A stretch of 64,000 nt of DNA, from positions 14,128,124-14,192,123 of the forward strand of contig CM119265.1 of NCBI GenBank assembly GCA_051294375.1. Reading direction: 5' to 3'. Below are positions 40,492 through 58,492 of the stretch, in pieces. The DNA is from Paraspadella gotoi (lineage: Eukaryota; Animalia; Chaetognatha). How positions within the stretch are numbered: the first letter of the stretch is position 1; each line of letters starts with the position of its first letter. The notes under the pieces were generated by a model that made no database searches, was not told the DNA's origin, and saw nothing but the letters and a program-made list of their open reading frames with translations. The position numbers and the translations under genes were made by a program.

Positions 40492-42000
40492 CGCCACGTG
40501 TTTTCCCTGATCACGTGACCCTTAGACGCCCGCGGACCCATTACAGACTCTTAGCCCCAATTAATCCAAGACTCGGAGACGGACCGTCTTGGCTTTCCCG
40601 TCCGCCGCCGTCGTTTTGGTCCGCCGACATTGTCGTCGTCTTCGCCGTTGAAGATCCTTTGGTCGTCGTCTTTTTCTGGCTTCGTTGTCTTGAAGTGAAT
40701 ATTTGATTCGACGAACCCTTTTTCGGTGATCACCGCTTCTCGTTCTCATTCCATCTTGCCAAGTCGCGGTCCTCAAAGAAGAACTCAATCCATATATGAC
40801 TCCTTTTCTAATCCCCCCCCCTCCCGGTCCTCCGTTTCATCTACGATGCTGATCAACCGTCCGATCTCATATATTTTTTCCCGCTCTACTTTGTACTGAA
40901 CCCTTTTTATCACGTGAACCGTTCTCTCCTTTCGCCATCACCCACTTCACTTCGCCTTCGAACAATCCCGCCCTCTTGAACGCGACGCCGTCAGCGCCGC
41001 CGAAAGCGAATCGCTTGATTGAGAGAAAAAGGGGGAATCTCAGTTGTTTCTTCCGATTGTTTACTGACAAGAAGGATTCGTATTTATTTATTGACTTCTT
41101 TTGACGTCATATCTGGCACGGTTGAGATGACATAGAATTATACGTCGAAATAATAGGGTTATTTAAAAATTTTTGTACTTCATTATTAGATAAAACGTTT
41201 TCATCATTTTGATTGACTATTTTTAAAGTTTATACCATATTGGAAATGAAAAATGTCGTCTCGACTTTATAAAAGTATTAATATATTTTGGTTTGTCTCT
41301 TTCATTTCAGTTGCACTCAATTATACTTTGCTAAAATGACGGTTCATTCAAATCAGAAAACGTCAAGGTTTTTAAATTTAAGAATCGAGGAAAAAAAATA
41401 ATGTCGTATAAATGTCATAAAGTGTAAAAAATTTTCTCCCTCGGGCATTTTCTTTGTCCACTCTCCAATTTCCGCGCGGAGAAATTTTATCTCTTCAACA
41501 AAGTCCGAATGGCGTCGTTGTCATCATCTTTGTCATCTTCGTCGCCATCACAGTTGTCGTCTGCGATGTCGTCGTCGTCGTCGTCACGTCCGCAAACGTC
41601 ATTATGTTCAATTATGGTCTCTTCAAGTTGGTCTCCCTTCGAGCGTCGAGGGGGCAAGGGGGGGGAGAGAGTCGGTGGAGAGCGACATTGGCGGGAAAGA
41701 GAGAACTTAGAAGAGAGGTTGAAATCGGTAAGGAAGGATATTAGGATTCAAGGGGTCAAGGGGTAAGGTTTAAGAAGGGTAAATAAATGCGTCCATTTAT
41801 TATGCTTCCCTCGATCAATTGGCTTCTTTAAGGTCTCACTTTCTTTCTCCCCCTCTCTATTTATCTCTACATTAGGCCCTTACTTTTTTCCCGTCACTTT
41901 CTTTTTTTTCGCTTTGCCTTGCCTTGCCTTGCCTTGCCTTGCCTTGCCTTGCCTTGCCTTGCATTGCTTGCCTGCTTGCTTTCTTGCTTGCTTTCTTTTT

Positions 42001-42079
<79 letters not shown>

Positions 42080-42158
42080 CTCTTTCTTTCCTTCATCTTT
42101 AAACACAATTCATGAACCTTTACCTCACCTCACCTCCCTCTTTCTTCCTTCCCCAGAG

Positions 42159-46446
<4,288 letters not shown>

Positions 46447-47422
46447 ATCAACAAAGGCCCCCAAAGACATTTTCTTTATGGGCAAGTCCTCGCAAAACTA
46501 TTTTCGATCTCATATCAAATATTTTCCCATTACTTCGTGACATACGTAAGGAGCGACTGACATGACAGATATCTTCGTCGTGAGTGCGCTAACACTAACC
46601 ACCATGACAATCTCACCCCTTTTAAAATACCAACATTTTTTTTCCGATATTTATTCTGTTTAAGTCTCCCTCGTGTCAAATTGTCAATTTCTTCGTATCC
46701 GTTCGTGTTTGGAATAAAACGATTTACATTTTACAGTCAAGGGAGTAATTTTTATTTCGAAAATAGTAGAAACGTTAGTTTCTTTCACGATTCTGTTTTC
46801 AAATATACCAAGTTCTTCATTTTTACCGTAAATATTGTCGAGGATGAAACCGGTTTGGTTTTAATCTTCGAGCGACGATCCCTCGACTCATGCACCAATG
46901 AGAATGAGTAATTGAGTATACGAGCAGTCGAGCACACCTACACACCCACACAACAATCACACCCAAAATGCCTAGAATTTAAAACGTAATGTCTCTAGCA
47001 CGAATTGAAGTTAACCAAAAAGCGATGAATGGATGGATGTATCTTTTCAATGTATGGGTCCGACCGATCAGCCACTGATGCAAAAATTTATTGAAATTGT
47101 TTACTCTAATCTAAACCTCTAATCTAAACCTAAAATATTTTGTTGATAGCATCGCAGAGAATGTATTATCAAGTAGATCGCCTCTTTTTTCTTTTGATTG
47201 ACCCATCAGAGAGGAGGCTTCCTTCAGGAAACCGACGGCAGGGAAACGAGAGAGGGAACGAGATCACTCTTTTAGTTACCTTCAAGAAACTAACATCAAA
47301 CTCCTTATGGACTATTTGTTATATTGTTAATTGCCTGCATTTTCTCTGCATATTTTGTAAGTTAATTATCATCATCCCAACTTGTCAATAAAACCCCTCT
47401 TAAAACACCTGCTTCCTTCGTG

Positions 47423-47466
47423 TGGTGGCAGCTGTGGGATTCGAACCCACGCCTCCAAAGAGACTG
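47423..47466 (-). pseudogene. 3' half of tRNA-Leu carrying encoded CCA (retro-copied fragment or extended primer-binding site)
   Basis: Plus strand TGG-TGGCAGCTGTGGGATTCGAACCCACGCCTCCAAAGAGACTG is the complement of the metazoan tRNA-Leu variable arm, T-arm, acceptor 3' strand and CCA; the 5' half is absent. Confidence 0.8.
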
Positions 47467-47548
47467 ACTGACTGAGACCAAAAACAAAATTTAATTAAGA
47501 AATCCCATGGGCCAAAACGAGTTGTACCAGACGCTAGTTTCACACATA

Positions 47549-47690
47549 TTATGAAATTGGTACAACCAATATAAAAATTATCTATTCATTTAATAAATAA
47601 ACTATCTTGCCCCTGACTTAGGACAGGCTTTGGTGGTTTAAGGCCTCCATCACTCTTACAAGAAAATGACATAGCAGGTCCCTGCAAGCT
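47549..47690. repeat. ~140-bp SINE-like dispersed repeat, copy B
   Basis: TTATGAAATTGGTACAACC...GGTGGTTTAAGGCCTCCATC...GCAGGTCCCTGCAAGCT is shared with copy A. Confidence 0.85.
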
Positions 47691-48565
47691 ATATTAAACT
47701 ATACTATACCAAGACCGAAAATAATTACTTGATAGTAAGAATTTTAATCGCCCAAATAACAGTTTTAAATCGCTTTTTTAATATCTTTTTTTTTTTACTT
47801 ATAGTTTTTAACTTAAAAACATCAGATCGTAAAAGTGTTGGAGGTGATGAAAATTAAGTCGCTACACAAAGGTAGTTTTATTTTTTTTAACAAAACCGGT
47901 CGTATCCAGTTTTGTTGTCCTTTCGTCTGCAAGAGCCCAAAAGTTTTGGTTGCGCGTCGACTTTCATTGGGTTGGGTTCCGGATTTCGCCCCACGAACAC
48001 AAATTCTTTTCGAATCCCAGAGAAAATCTTAAGATTTACTTTCTTTCGGGAAAAGTTTTTCTTTGTGAGATTTGAAGGGAAAAGATATTGGAGTTTATTG
48101 ATAATCGTCAACGGAGAGAGTTTCATTTAGTCTATTATTCGATCAAAAAAGTTTCTTAAAATGTTTCAGAATTTCGTGTAGAATTAGAAAAATGAAAATT
48201 AATTTTTTGTTTACATACGACTTTGTATTACGAAACAGAAGTCGTTGTATGTTAACAAACAATTCATTTTCTACCTCGAACAAATAACGGAACGACAAGA
48301 AAGGAAAACAAACTATATAAAAATAATATCTTTTCTTTTTATGACTACCGGCGAAACTTTTTTTAGATTATGTATTTTTCTTTCAAACTAATAGTAAAAA
48401 ACATAATTATTTGCGTTATGTAATATAAAATATATCAATATTCATCGACAGACGGATCGACCGACAATTGTTGCGTTATAGGACGACAACCGAGCTGCGT
48501 AATTTTAAATTTCTGATTAATTTTCTCAAGAAAAAAAAACAAACAAAAAAGCAAACAAACAAAAA

Positions 48566-50642
48566 ATGCCGCCGAGAAGCGACAACGAAGCCTACGAAGA
48601 TGTGAAGTACGAATCGAATTCGCCGGCCAAGTTCGCCAAGTGGTTCTGTCTCCTTCTCTTCGTCGTTTTCTTCCTCATCATCTTCTTCATGCTCATCTAC
48701 GTTCTGGCGAGGGTAGACTTCACGGAGAAGGTGAGGGTGGAAGCGGCGGGTAAGTCAAAGCAGGGCGTGAAAGAAGGGTGAAGAAAATGGGTGGGGTATA
48801 AAATGAATCAAAAACTTGTAACTTATCGTAAGAAAAGTTTGAAATTCATTTTTCAAAAGCTCCGATCTCTCCTTTACTCACTTCTTACAAATGACAATAT
48901 TTCCTCTCCTCTGAAGCGAATTGGAAATCTCCACGGTGACGCGGACAGAGACGAGAAGGACACCAAGTTGGACTCGGTCCTCAAGAAGTTGGAGGAGTTG
49001 GAGGAAAAAGTTGAGAGGCTGGACGCGAAAGTTGGGGTGGGCTCGATTAGACGCAGCAACCATACGCGCACGGTTTTCGAGTTGGTCGAAGAAAACAGAA
49101 ATAACGTCATCGGGATCGTCGCTGATGTCAAAGGTGGGGGAAAGGAGGTGGGGACTGGGGGAGAGTCAGGGGATAAGAGGAACCGATCAGCGTCGACACA
49201 TTATAAATAAACAAATGAATATAGAGATACGGATAGACTTACGAATTAATTTTAGGCGATTTGAAGTTGGTTCTGCAAATTCAGTTGTGCTTTTTTAAAT
49301 TATTTATTTATTTATTTATTTTTGCAAATATTTGGATTCACATAGAAAAATGACTTTTTATTTCTTTAATTGCACGTTTTCTACCACCTACAAATTGCCT
49401 AATATATGCCAAATACATTGTAGGCTTAAATTCAAATTCATATCAACAGATAACATTTATTCAATCATGCTCACAATTTTCAAACCAACCAACCAACCAA
49501 GCAACCAACCAAGCAACAACTATTGCGTTGCCTTAAAAACTATCAGCTGGTGTTTCTTCCTCTCTCAATCACCTCAGCGACGAGAGACAAGGTCGGTTCC
49601 TACTCGTCGAACGCCTCGTCGTCCGTGTTCCAAGTCTTGGAGGATCGAACGACGAAGATCGTCGGCGACGTCGACGCCGTCTCCAAGAAGATCGGAACGC
49701 CGCCTCAAGTGGGGGGCTCCAACGTCTTCAACGACGTCTTCTCGGGAATCCAACGGAACGCCCAACGCGGCGCTCAACCTAGTCAGTCTCAGATTTGTTT
49801 AAAATTTCATTCCATTACTAATGACATTAGCGTTTTCGTAATCCAACATTCAATCCCCGACCAGATTCTCAGACTTGCGGAGGCTTGGCCCCCGATCCCA
49901 ACAACACGTCAGCAAGTTCAGAGAAAGCGGGATCGGAATTTTCCAAGGCTTTTCAGCCGGGGAGCAAGTCTTGTCAAGCTGGACAAACCCTGGCGCAGTG
50001 TTTGGCGGTGTGTTATCGTAATAAACAACAGTTTGTTCAATTATAACTCTCGCCAATCGTTTCGAAGCTCATTTGTTCGTTTTTTCTTGGTTTCAGAACA
50101 ATGGCGAAATTTACGAGAGTCTCAGCGTCAGCAACGTCGCCATCTCTCTCAATTTTAACTACAATCAGGCGCGTGAATTGTGCGCTATTACGTTCACAGT
50201 GAACCAAGCAGCTCGGGCGCCGAAAGTGTTTCACATCGAATACGCCGATTTTCCGGCCAGCAACGCCAACGTCAAGTGGTACAGAATCTTAAGGTGAGAA
50301 AATATATTGTTCAAAGTTTTAATTTTTATCATTTAATTCTTGAAAATAATTCTGAAGAGATGTTGACTGGCTCCGTAGACAGAGATAGTCTCATAGACTT
50401 TTTTACAAACACAAACAAATTGAGAGAAGAAACAATTTTTTTTTCCTTTTTTTTTAAGCGTCTCAAAATCTGACTGGACCGACGGAGAGACGCTGTCGAG
50501 AGGGTTTCCGGTCGGACGTTCCTTCGGCCCTCACATCTACTGGCGAATTCTCGTGGACAGCTTCAGCGGAGTTCTCAGTCTTTTCGACGTCAAACTTTAC
50601 GATGCCTCATCGCAGTTTGTCGTTCCGGTCAACGTTGTTTGA
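48566..50642 (+). CDS. Type II membrane protein, 369 aa: TM, segmented coiled-coil stalk, C-terminal F5/8 type C (discoidin/galactose-binding-like) domain; exons 48566-48730, 48917-49133, 49578-49781, 49865-50007, 50097-50293, 50459-50642
   Basis: aaaaATG start and five phase-consistent GT-AG introns. TM WFCLLLFVVFFLIIFFMLIYVLA; heptads LDSVLKKLEELEEKVERLDAKV; beta-sandwich motifs SASSE..KAF, ISLNFNY, APKVFHIEY...W, YWRILV, LFDVKLY. Confidence 0.85.
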
Positions 50643-51190
50643 GAATAGAATAAATGGAGAAAAAATGGAAGAATGAGAGGAAGTATGATGAAGATTTAAC
50701 GAAGAGATGGTGGAAGAACAATTCAAAAGGTCTAAAGCCCAAATTATTTTTGAAAAGCACGCGAAGGGGCAAATGTAAAAAAAAAGTATAGACAATTTAT
50801 TTCACACTTATCATTGTTGTTGCATTTTACATGTTAATACGGTGTTATTGTCAACTGTAAATTGTATATTCCTGTTATGTAAAAGAAACGAGAATGAAAT
50901 TTAATACATTTTAAAAATTATGAATTTTAGTAGAATCATGTGGTTGTTTCGTTGTTAAATTTTACATCTATTACCCTAAAAATTACAAATTTAGTGAAAA
51001 GAGCATCTGCTTGAGTTTAGAAGCATTAACTGAATGACAGAGGTCGCAACGTATTGAATAAAAGAAAAAAGACGAATACAAAAGTTTAAGCCTAAACTTT
51101 CTGTTCTAAACAGTTCAGTTATAAAGTAGTTATTAAAAAATGAGTTTCCAACTTAGTTAAGTTTCCTAATTTTAAATTTAGTTTAAAACA

Positions 51191-51291
51191 TTTAGAGATG
51201 AAACGAAAAATTCGTTGTAATAGCAATTTTAATTAATTACAATAATAAAATAAAATTGCTATTACAACGAATTTTTCGTTTCATCTCTAAA
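51191..51291. repeat. Perfect 41-bp inverted repeat with 19-nt spacer
   Basis: TTTAGAGATGAAACGAAAAATTCGTTGTAATAGCAATTTTA (51191-51231) is the exact reverse complement of 51251-51291. Confidence 0.95.
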
Positions 51292-52926
51292 CTATTTTAA
51301 ATAGCAAAAAAGAAAGTCAAAATACAAAGTTTAAAACATATATCCTGAGCTTGCGCATTGCATTATTTGAAAAGGAGCGTTTGTCTCAGTCAAAATATTA
51401 TATTTATGTTCTTAGTTCAATATTTGCCAAGGCCATAAGCCCAAGCTTAATAAAAATAATAACCAAATTGAAAATTCCTGTAGTCTTGACTAAACGACTT
51501 TTACTCCGTGAAGTTGAATGTTAACATTGTCTGTATCATTATTGTTCTAGAGAAATATCTAATGTGCAATCGTCCATAACGCTTATTGTATAGGCGGTAC
51601 GAATTACGCCTAGCTCCAGTCCTAATTATTATAGTTAGTTTATGTTTTTATGTTTTTAACCGAACAATTTGGTGAGAGTGTAGTGAGACTGTTCACTGTT
51701 TACTGTTCAGTCTGTTCAGAGACTGTTCAGACCGTAATTTTTTTTTTTGACAACGATGCGTCAAAATCTGATTATGCTGAATACCATTGGATCTATCTGT
51801 CTCTCAGATTCGGCCATTTGTCTGTCCGTCTGAACGTGTCGATTTTGACCTCCTGTGAAAACCTTGATTTCTTTGTTCCTCTTCCCTTTCGTTCTGCTCC
51901 TCCTCTTCCTCTTTTTCCTTCTATTTTTCCGTCCGTCTCTTCCTAAATTCTAATTCTTTTGTGACTTTACAGTAAAGTAACATTGATGCTGAATTTCTAT
52001 GTCTTTGTCATAAATCTTTCTGTCACCATATTATTAACATTTTCCTTCCTCATTTAGGGTAAAAGATATGTATGTAATATTGAGAAATTAACATTTTTAT
52101 AGATTTTCTTCAACAATGTTAAGTCAACATAGTTTACTTAAAAACAAAAATTGTAATAGCTGAACCGTACTCTACATCCGCTCGCCGAATCATCGCCTCG
52201 GGCGCCCCTTATTGAGAACAAAGCAAACTGTTTTTTTTTTTTTTTTTGCTGATTAAACAAAAGATCAACTGACGCGACGAACAAAGACGACGACGAAAAC
52301 GACGACGACGACGACGAAAACTAAAAAGGTCTTTTTTTTACGAATTTGATGAATCGTTGGAACGACTGCGGACGGAAGGAGTCCACGTCGGGAGCCGAGA
52401 CCTAGAGTCTCCACCCAACTTTTTCTTTTGGATCTCCCACTCCATCTCTATCTTTTTTTTTTGATCTCCCACTACCTCTTTATCTTCATCACCCACTCTT
52501 ACTCTATCTTTATCGTTTTTTTTTAAATCTTTCATTCCCTCTTTATCTCGATTTCGCACTCCATCTCTATCGTTTTTTCTTAATCTCTCTTTCCCCTTTT
52601 TATCTCTCTTTCTCAAACTCCCACTCCATCTCTGTCCTCGCTCTTCATCTTTCCCAATCCCTCTCCTCTTTTTCTCCTTCTCGTCCTCGCCTCCTCATCC
52701 ACGTCCCCGTCTTTCTCTCAGGTCCGACGTGCCGATGCCTATCGCCAACCGAATCAAAACAAAAGACTCGCGTCGCCGGCAAAAAAAATAACCTTAAAAA
52801 TCTATAAGCCCAAAAATTGTTTTTACTCAAATTAGGCGGCCTCCATTTAAGTGGAGAGAGAGAAACTGAAAAGAGAAAGAGAGAGAGAGAGAGAGAGTGG
52901 GAGATGTGGAGAATGAGGAGAGAGTC

Positions 52927-52964
<38 letters not shown>

Positions 52965-53513
52965 TAATTACATTGCTGTTTAATATATTAGTTTTATATT
53001 TGTCGTACCAATTTTATAGCAGCAATTTGTTTTTCGGTTTATTTTTTTCTGTCCGCGAAAAAAAAAATTGGAGTCAAGATTTAATTTGTTTGTTTTGTTC
53101 GAGAGAGAAGTGGCCTCAAGAGGGCGGTGGAGTGGCCTGAAGGGTTTTGGGGTGTTGGGACGAACGAGAGAAGCTATTGAAGTTAGATAAATAGAAACAA
53201 AAAATTAGAAAAGATAATGTTTTAGGAGAGTATGAAATATAATAAAATAGTTTTTAAAGAAATAAATGAAATCTGTTCCAACTCTCGCCGGCTGTCGCTT
53301 CTCCTCCGCCAATGGGCGTCGGCCTCTAGAGGATTTTCTCCGCCGGAGGGCGCGCCCACTCGAATCCGAATCGAGCGAAAACAAAACAACAATCGTCGGC
53401 GAAGATTGAAGAATTTTTTATCCGTGTCAATACTGAGAATAAGCAAGCTTGTAAGCATCAAGATTGTTGAATGTTTTGGTATCTCACAAGTATATTGTAA
53501 AGTGGAGATCCTG

Positions 53514-53599
<86 letters not shown>

Positions 53600-54175
53600 C
53601 AAGAAAGAAAAGAAAATAAACTAAAATTACGTAATAAAAAACTATAAATCGAGTTTTTGAGATTTTTTTTTTCAAGGAGCTGCAGTGAACCTATGTACCT
53701 ACAATTGAAAAAAAAATATTGAGGAAGAAGCAAACAAAAAATGACATCGTGTGGCCGGGAAGAGCAAAACCGAATGATGCGTGAGAGAAAACAGAAGAAC
53801 GAACACGAGGAAACGAAAAAGAACAAATTTTAAAAACAGAAGAACAAACAGTTGGGAAAAAGCGAGGACAAATATAGACGGAGGCTTGGTGCGTCGATTA
53901 TGTTACTTCGTTCGCGTTATTTCGATGTTTCGCTTTTTCAGTTTTGAAACGGTTAGTTTTAACCATATTGGCTTGGTTGATTTCATTTGTACGATATTTC
54001 AATCAACTCGTTTTATCTTTCAATCTTTTCTCCCTATCGTCATTATCATCGTCATCGTCATCTTCGTCTTCTTCATCATCATCCTCTTCGTCGGCGTTTT
54101 TGTTACGAGGGTCAATTGGGCGAATTTTCTTCAACGAGGTCTTCAGATTCAGGTCAAGCCTATCGAATTTCGGCA

Positions 54176-54228
<53 letters not shown>

Positions 54229-54854
54229 GAGTGAGATCCTTTGTTAAAAAAGGCCAAAGTTGAAGCGGAAATAATTTTGGGTTGAATTTCTGGTCACCTT
54301 GACTTTTATCTCACTTCCTAACATTTTCCTCTTTGAATCCCAACCTTTTCCTTACCTATCCTTCCCTTTTTACTAACCCTTTACTCACCTCCTTTGTCCT
54401 TCCGCTCTTTTCCATTCTATCCTTGTGAATAAAGTTAGTCGGTGAAGTTGATGACGACGACGACGACGACGACGACGCCGAACCTATCGATCGCTCGACG
54501 TCACCGAAAAAATAAATCATTCAAGTTCGACCGACGCCGAACGTCGGGATCAAAACAAACAAAAAGGCGTCGCGGTTTAAGATAAACGAAAAAAATCGGT
54601 TCTCAGTGAAAAAGTCAAAATTCACTAATTCATGACACGTCATTCGTGGCCGTTTTGGGCTCATGACTATTTTTTTAATTTGTTTTTTTTTCGAAAAACG
54701 ATCAACCTGTGTTAATTTTTAAAATTTCTTTGATTTTATGCATTCTAAACTTTGAATTTTTTCTTCTTGAATTGTTTTTTTATTTCTCCCCTCTCTCCTT
54801 TCACTTCTAAATTTTCTCTTATTCCAGTCAGGCAGTCACACTTTTTATTATCCT

Positions 54855-54952
54855 CTCTCTCCTTCTCTCTTTTTTACAATTCCTTCTCTCCTTCTCTCTT
54901 TTTTACAATTCCTTCTCTCCTTCTCTCTTTTTTACAATTCCTTCTCTCCTTC
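54855..54952. repeat. 29-bp minisatellite, ~3 copies
   Basis: TTCCTTCTCTCCTTCTCTCTTTTTTACAA units in tandem. Confidence 0.8.
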
Positions 54953-55430
54953 CAGCGAGAGCGTCAATAGACTAAAAAAATTTCTTTTCATGGATCCTAA
55001 TGGTGACCGATTGAGAATGGTGACTTTGGTCTTTGAGGGACACCATTAATCACATTGAAAGTGGAGACGGAAAGCTTTTCCGAGTTTACATTACTTTTTA
55101 TCACCGAAAGGAATTCCTTTTTTTTTTTGTTGTTGCCCTTTTCCTTTGATTCCTTTTTCAGATGCCACAGGGAAAATTATTTGTTTTCATGTCTGGGTTA
55201 AACGGGATTTTAAGAAAGGCAGGTTTATTATATTTATATTAACGCTTTGTTAACGTTTTGTAAAGTATAAAAATATAATAAATAAAATTGTTTTCGATGA
55301 TCGGCATCGCGAGTCGATGATTCAAAGTCGGATTTCCTAGTCTAATCGAAGACGTGCTTCAAAAAAACAAAAACAAAACCAATGTACATATTGAAGTTAA
55401 TAAACTAGACTGAGTTAGAGTCTTGATTGA

Positions 55431-55545
55431 AAGCTTAAAGGGTTCTGCTATCTTGTAAGAGAGATGAAGGCCTTAGCCCACCACGCCTAACCAGAGTCTG
55501 GAGCAGGATAGCTTATTTTTTGTAATAGTTGTACCAATTTCATAA
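55431..55545. repeat. SINE-like dispersed repeat, diverged inverted copy C
   Basis: Reverse complement matches TTGTACCAATTTCATAA, CTTGTAAGAG and AGGCCTTA..CCACCA of copies A and B. Confidence 0.75.
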
Positions 55546-57840
55546 ATATCTAAATTCCATTTCCGTCGCGTTTAAAGGGAGTGCCTCGATATGAATACGA
55601 TGTTTTTTATTCCTATTTTTGGTGTTCGCTGAGGCTCGAAAGAAACAAAAAAAAAACTTTTCACGAGATTTGACTTCTTTCCAGACTGTGAGGATTCCTG
55701 ACTTTGTGGATTCCAGACTGTGAAGATTCCAGCCGAGAAAAAAAAATACGTGAATGAATTTGGCGGAAAAAAAAAGGTGAAAGAGGAAAATGCCTTTCAC
55801 CGAAACGTGAAGGGGGAAAGAGAGAGGAAGTGAGGGAGGATGGAAGCGAGAGGGGAAAGAGAGGGAGGGAGGGAGGAGACGTAAAGGGAAAAGACAAGAA
55901 AGGAAAGTTTAACCCACAGAAAATCAAGTAGCGTTGTCAAAAAAATCAATTGTTATATTTCATAGAACCTCTAGTTGTTTAATAAAACTAAAACACAATG
56001 AAAAAGTAAAGAAAAGGTTAACCTTAAACTATGATGGAGAGAAGAAACCGAGGGAGAAGAAAAAAAGGTAGGATACGGTTCGTTTTCAGAGTTTTCCAAC
56101 TCTCTCTCTCTCTCTCTCTCTCCATCGTTCTCTCGTTCTTTTTCTAACCCTTCCTCAGAATCTCGGCTCCAGGGAATTATTTTCTTTCCTCTCAAATTCA
56201 TTGATTGAGAAGGAAACGAGAGATGGCGGATTTAGTCCAGAGAAATCCAAATTGATCACAGCTCTCTCTCTCTCTCTCTCTCTTCTCTACAAAATCGATA
56301 AATGCAAAGGCTATCGATTTACCCTCATAACCTATTGAGTATTGAATCGAGGTTTTTCTTCACAATTGAGACATCGCGTTGGGGAGAAAAACCGAATCCT
56401 GCGATTAATCAAGGTCATCGAGTTTACAATAACAAAAACAAGAGAATCCCAAACGACGACGACAACGATAACAACGACGACGACCGCAACGACGATCTCT
56501 CGCCAAAGAATTCGATCGTTTTTGTCTGAGTTTGGATTCTTTTGAAGACGACGCCGATTACGACGATAACAAAAGGCGACGACAACGAGAACGAAGTAAA
56601 TTATAACTGTGAGCCCAATGACGACTGATGGCGACCACTGACTCAGGAAGGTGTGTGGGGGGGATCTCAAGAGTCGTGTTGACTAAAAGATTAGGATGGA
56701 TTTCCTCTTTATTCTAATGTTTTCCTCTTCTGTTTTTATTTGTTCAATTTAACCTCTTTTAAAAGTCGAGGCCACTGCCTAGAGCTAGAATGTTTGTCTA
56801 TTTGTTTAATGTCTTTTCCAATTTATTTATTATCCATTCTTTAGCTTAATTCTTAATTTAAGGTGCTTAAAATTTAAGTAAGTGACAAAGGTTTTGAAAT
56901 AAAGAAAGGAAAATGTGTAATATGCCCTACAATGAAATTTCTTTAGTTTTTCAATTGATTTAATAAAAACTTTTCATACTTAAGTATATATTGTTGAAAT
57001 CGTTTTCCGTATTTTATTTATTTCAATTGGGCGAACAGAATCGCTCGCTTCATATATACGCTCTGGATTGAAGTCCGCCGCGCCGCTCGACCATCGAATA
57101 AAGAGTGATTTTCGCCGCTGGCTTTTTTCGCAGTTCTTTGGCAGTCAACGTCCTTAGGATCGCACGCCTTCTTCATCTCCTTACCCTCGACTTTCGCCAC
57201 CACCCAACCCTCCCCCACGCCTCTAGCTTTTTGATCTCGCCCTTCGAAATTAAGAAGAAAACGAAGGAACAAATGAACCAAAACACAAAACGAAGCGAAA
57301 AGAAGTAAAACAATGAATTGGAAAAAAATAAGAAAGGAAATTGGAAGAATTCGGGATCTCAACTTTGAATGATATAACTTAAACTCTTAATTAAATGCAA
57401 GAATGAGCGTGCCGTTCACTTAATTTGGTTTGAATATTTAAAAATGATGTTTGGGGGGGAATCAAGACCACCGGTAAAGCACAAAGCAAATAAACAAGGA
57501 TAATGAGATGAATACCAAGGACGTGGATGATTTCGAATCAAAGATCGAAATTGTTGTTGTTTTTTTTTTTCGCTCTTCAGCCTCGATCTCGGTCAAATTC
57601 GGGCGATCGTCTGCAGATTTTGAGATCATCATAAAAATCCTTCGATTGCGTAAACAAAAGATCAAACAAAACAAATTTGCCATCGTACTTTCACGATCTG
57701 GGTAACTCGGCGAGTTTTTATGAAAATTTCGACTACTATATTTAATTAAATAAATCATTAAATGTCGCGAATTCAATTTTCTGAGATAGAAAAAAAAAAC
57801 AAATATAAAAAATAGTAAAATATTTTTTTCAGTTTTTATC

Positions 57841-57940
57841 AAAATATGAAAAAATATGAAAAAATATGAAAAAATATGAAAAAATATGAAAAAATATGAA
57901 AAAATAGGAAAAATAGGAAAAATAGGAAAAATATGAAAAA
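57841..57940. repeat. (AAAAAATATG)n tandem array
   Basis: Directly visible 10-bp units degenerating to AAAAATAGG. Confidence 0.9.
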
Positions 57941-58221
57941 TAGTAAAATAGTTTTTTTTTAGTTTTTAGCAAAATTCCTTTAGAATCGTGAGAGAATCGG
58001 GGGCGGGGCGGACGGCCTAAAACTCCAGGCTCGTTCGGCCAGAATCGGATTCGGGGAATGCTCTCTCTCTCTCTCTTTTTGACGATAACATTCCCGCCGC
58101 ACGGATCGGGGGTCGGCAGCCGGTACTTCTCTCCGATCTCACACGGATGGACTCTGGCCGAGCGACCAGTAGCCGGATTTCATCAGCGGATTAGAACTCG
58201 TCAGTCGTTTTCCACCTGCTT

Positions 58222-58273
<52 letters not shown>

Positions 58274-58492
58274 TTCTTCATTGTTTCTTTAATTTCTTTG
58301 ATGTTTTCCGCCTCCGCTTGGCGCCTTCGTTGGAAGAGCGGCATCCTCGTTCGAGACCGCCACCCTCGGCCAGTATCGGCCCCACTCCCCGATTCTTTCC
58401 AGTTAAATATCGCCACTCGTCGTCCTTCTCCAACGAGATATTTTTCCCTCCCCTCTCAATTTGATATCTGACTTCTCTCTTTCCAACGACCA

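Noticed and set aside
56332-56670. TM-like ORF (VVIGLTVIIYFVLVVVAFCYRRNRRR)
   Set aside because: The hydrophobicity largely comes from antisense (GAC/AAC)n repeats; no convincing start codon or splice sites.
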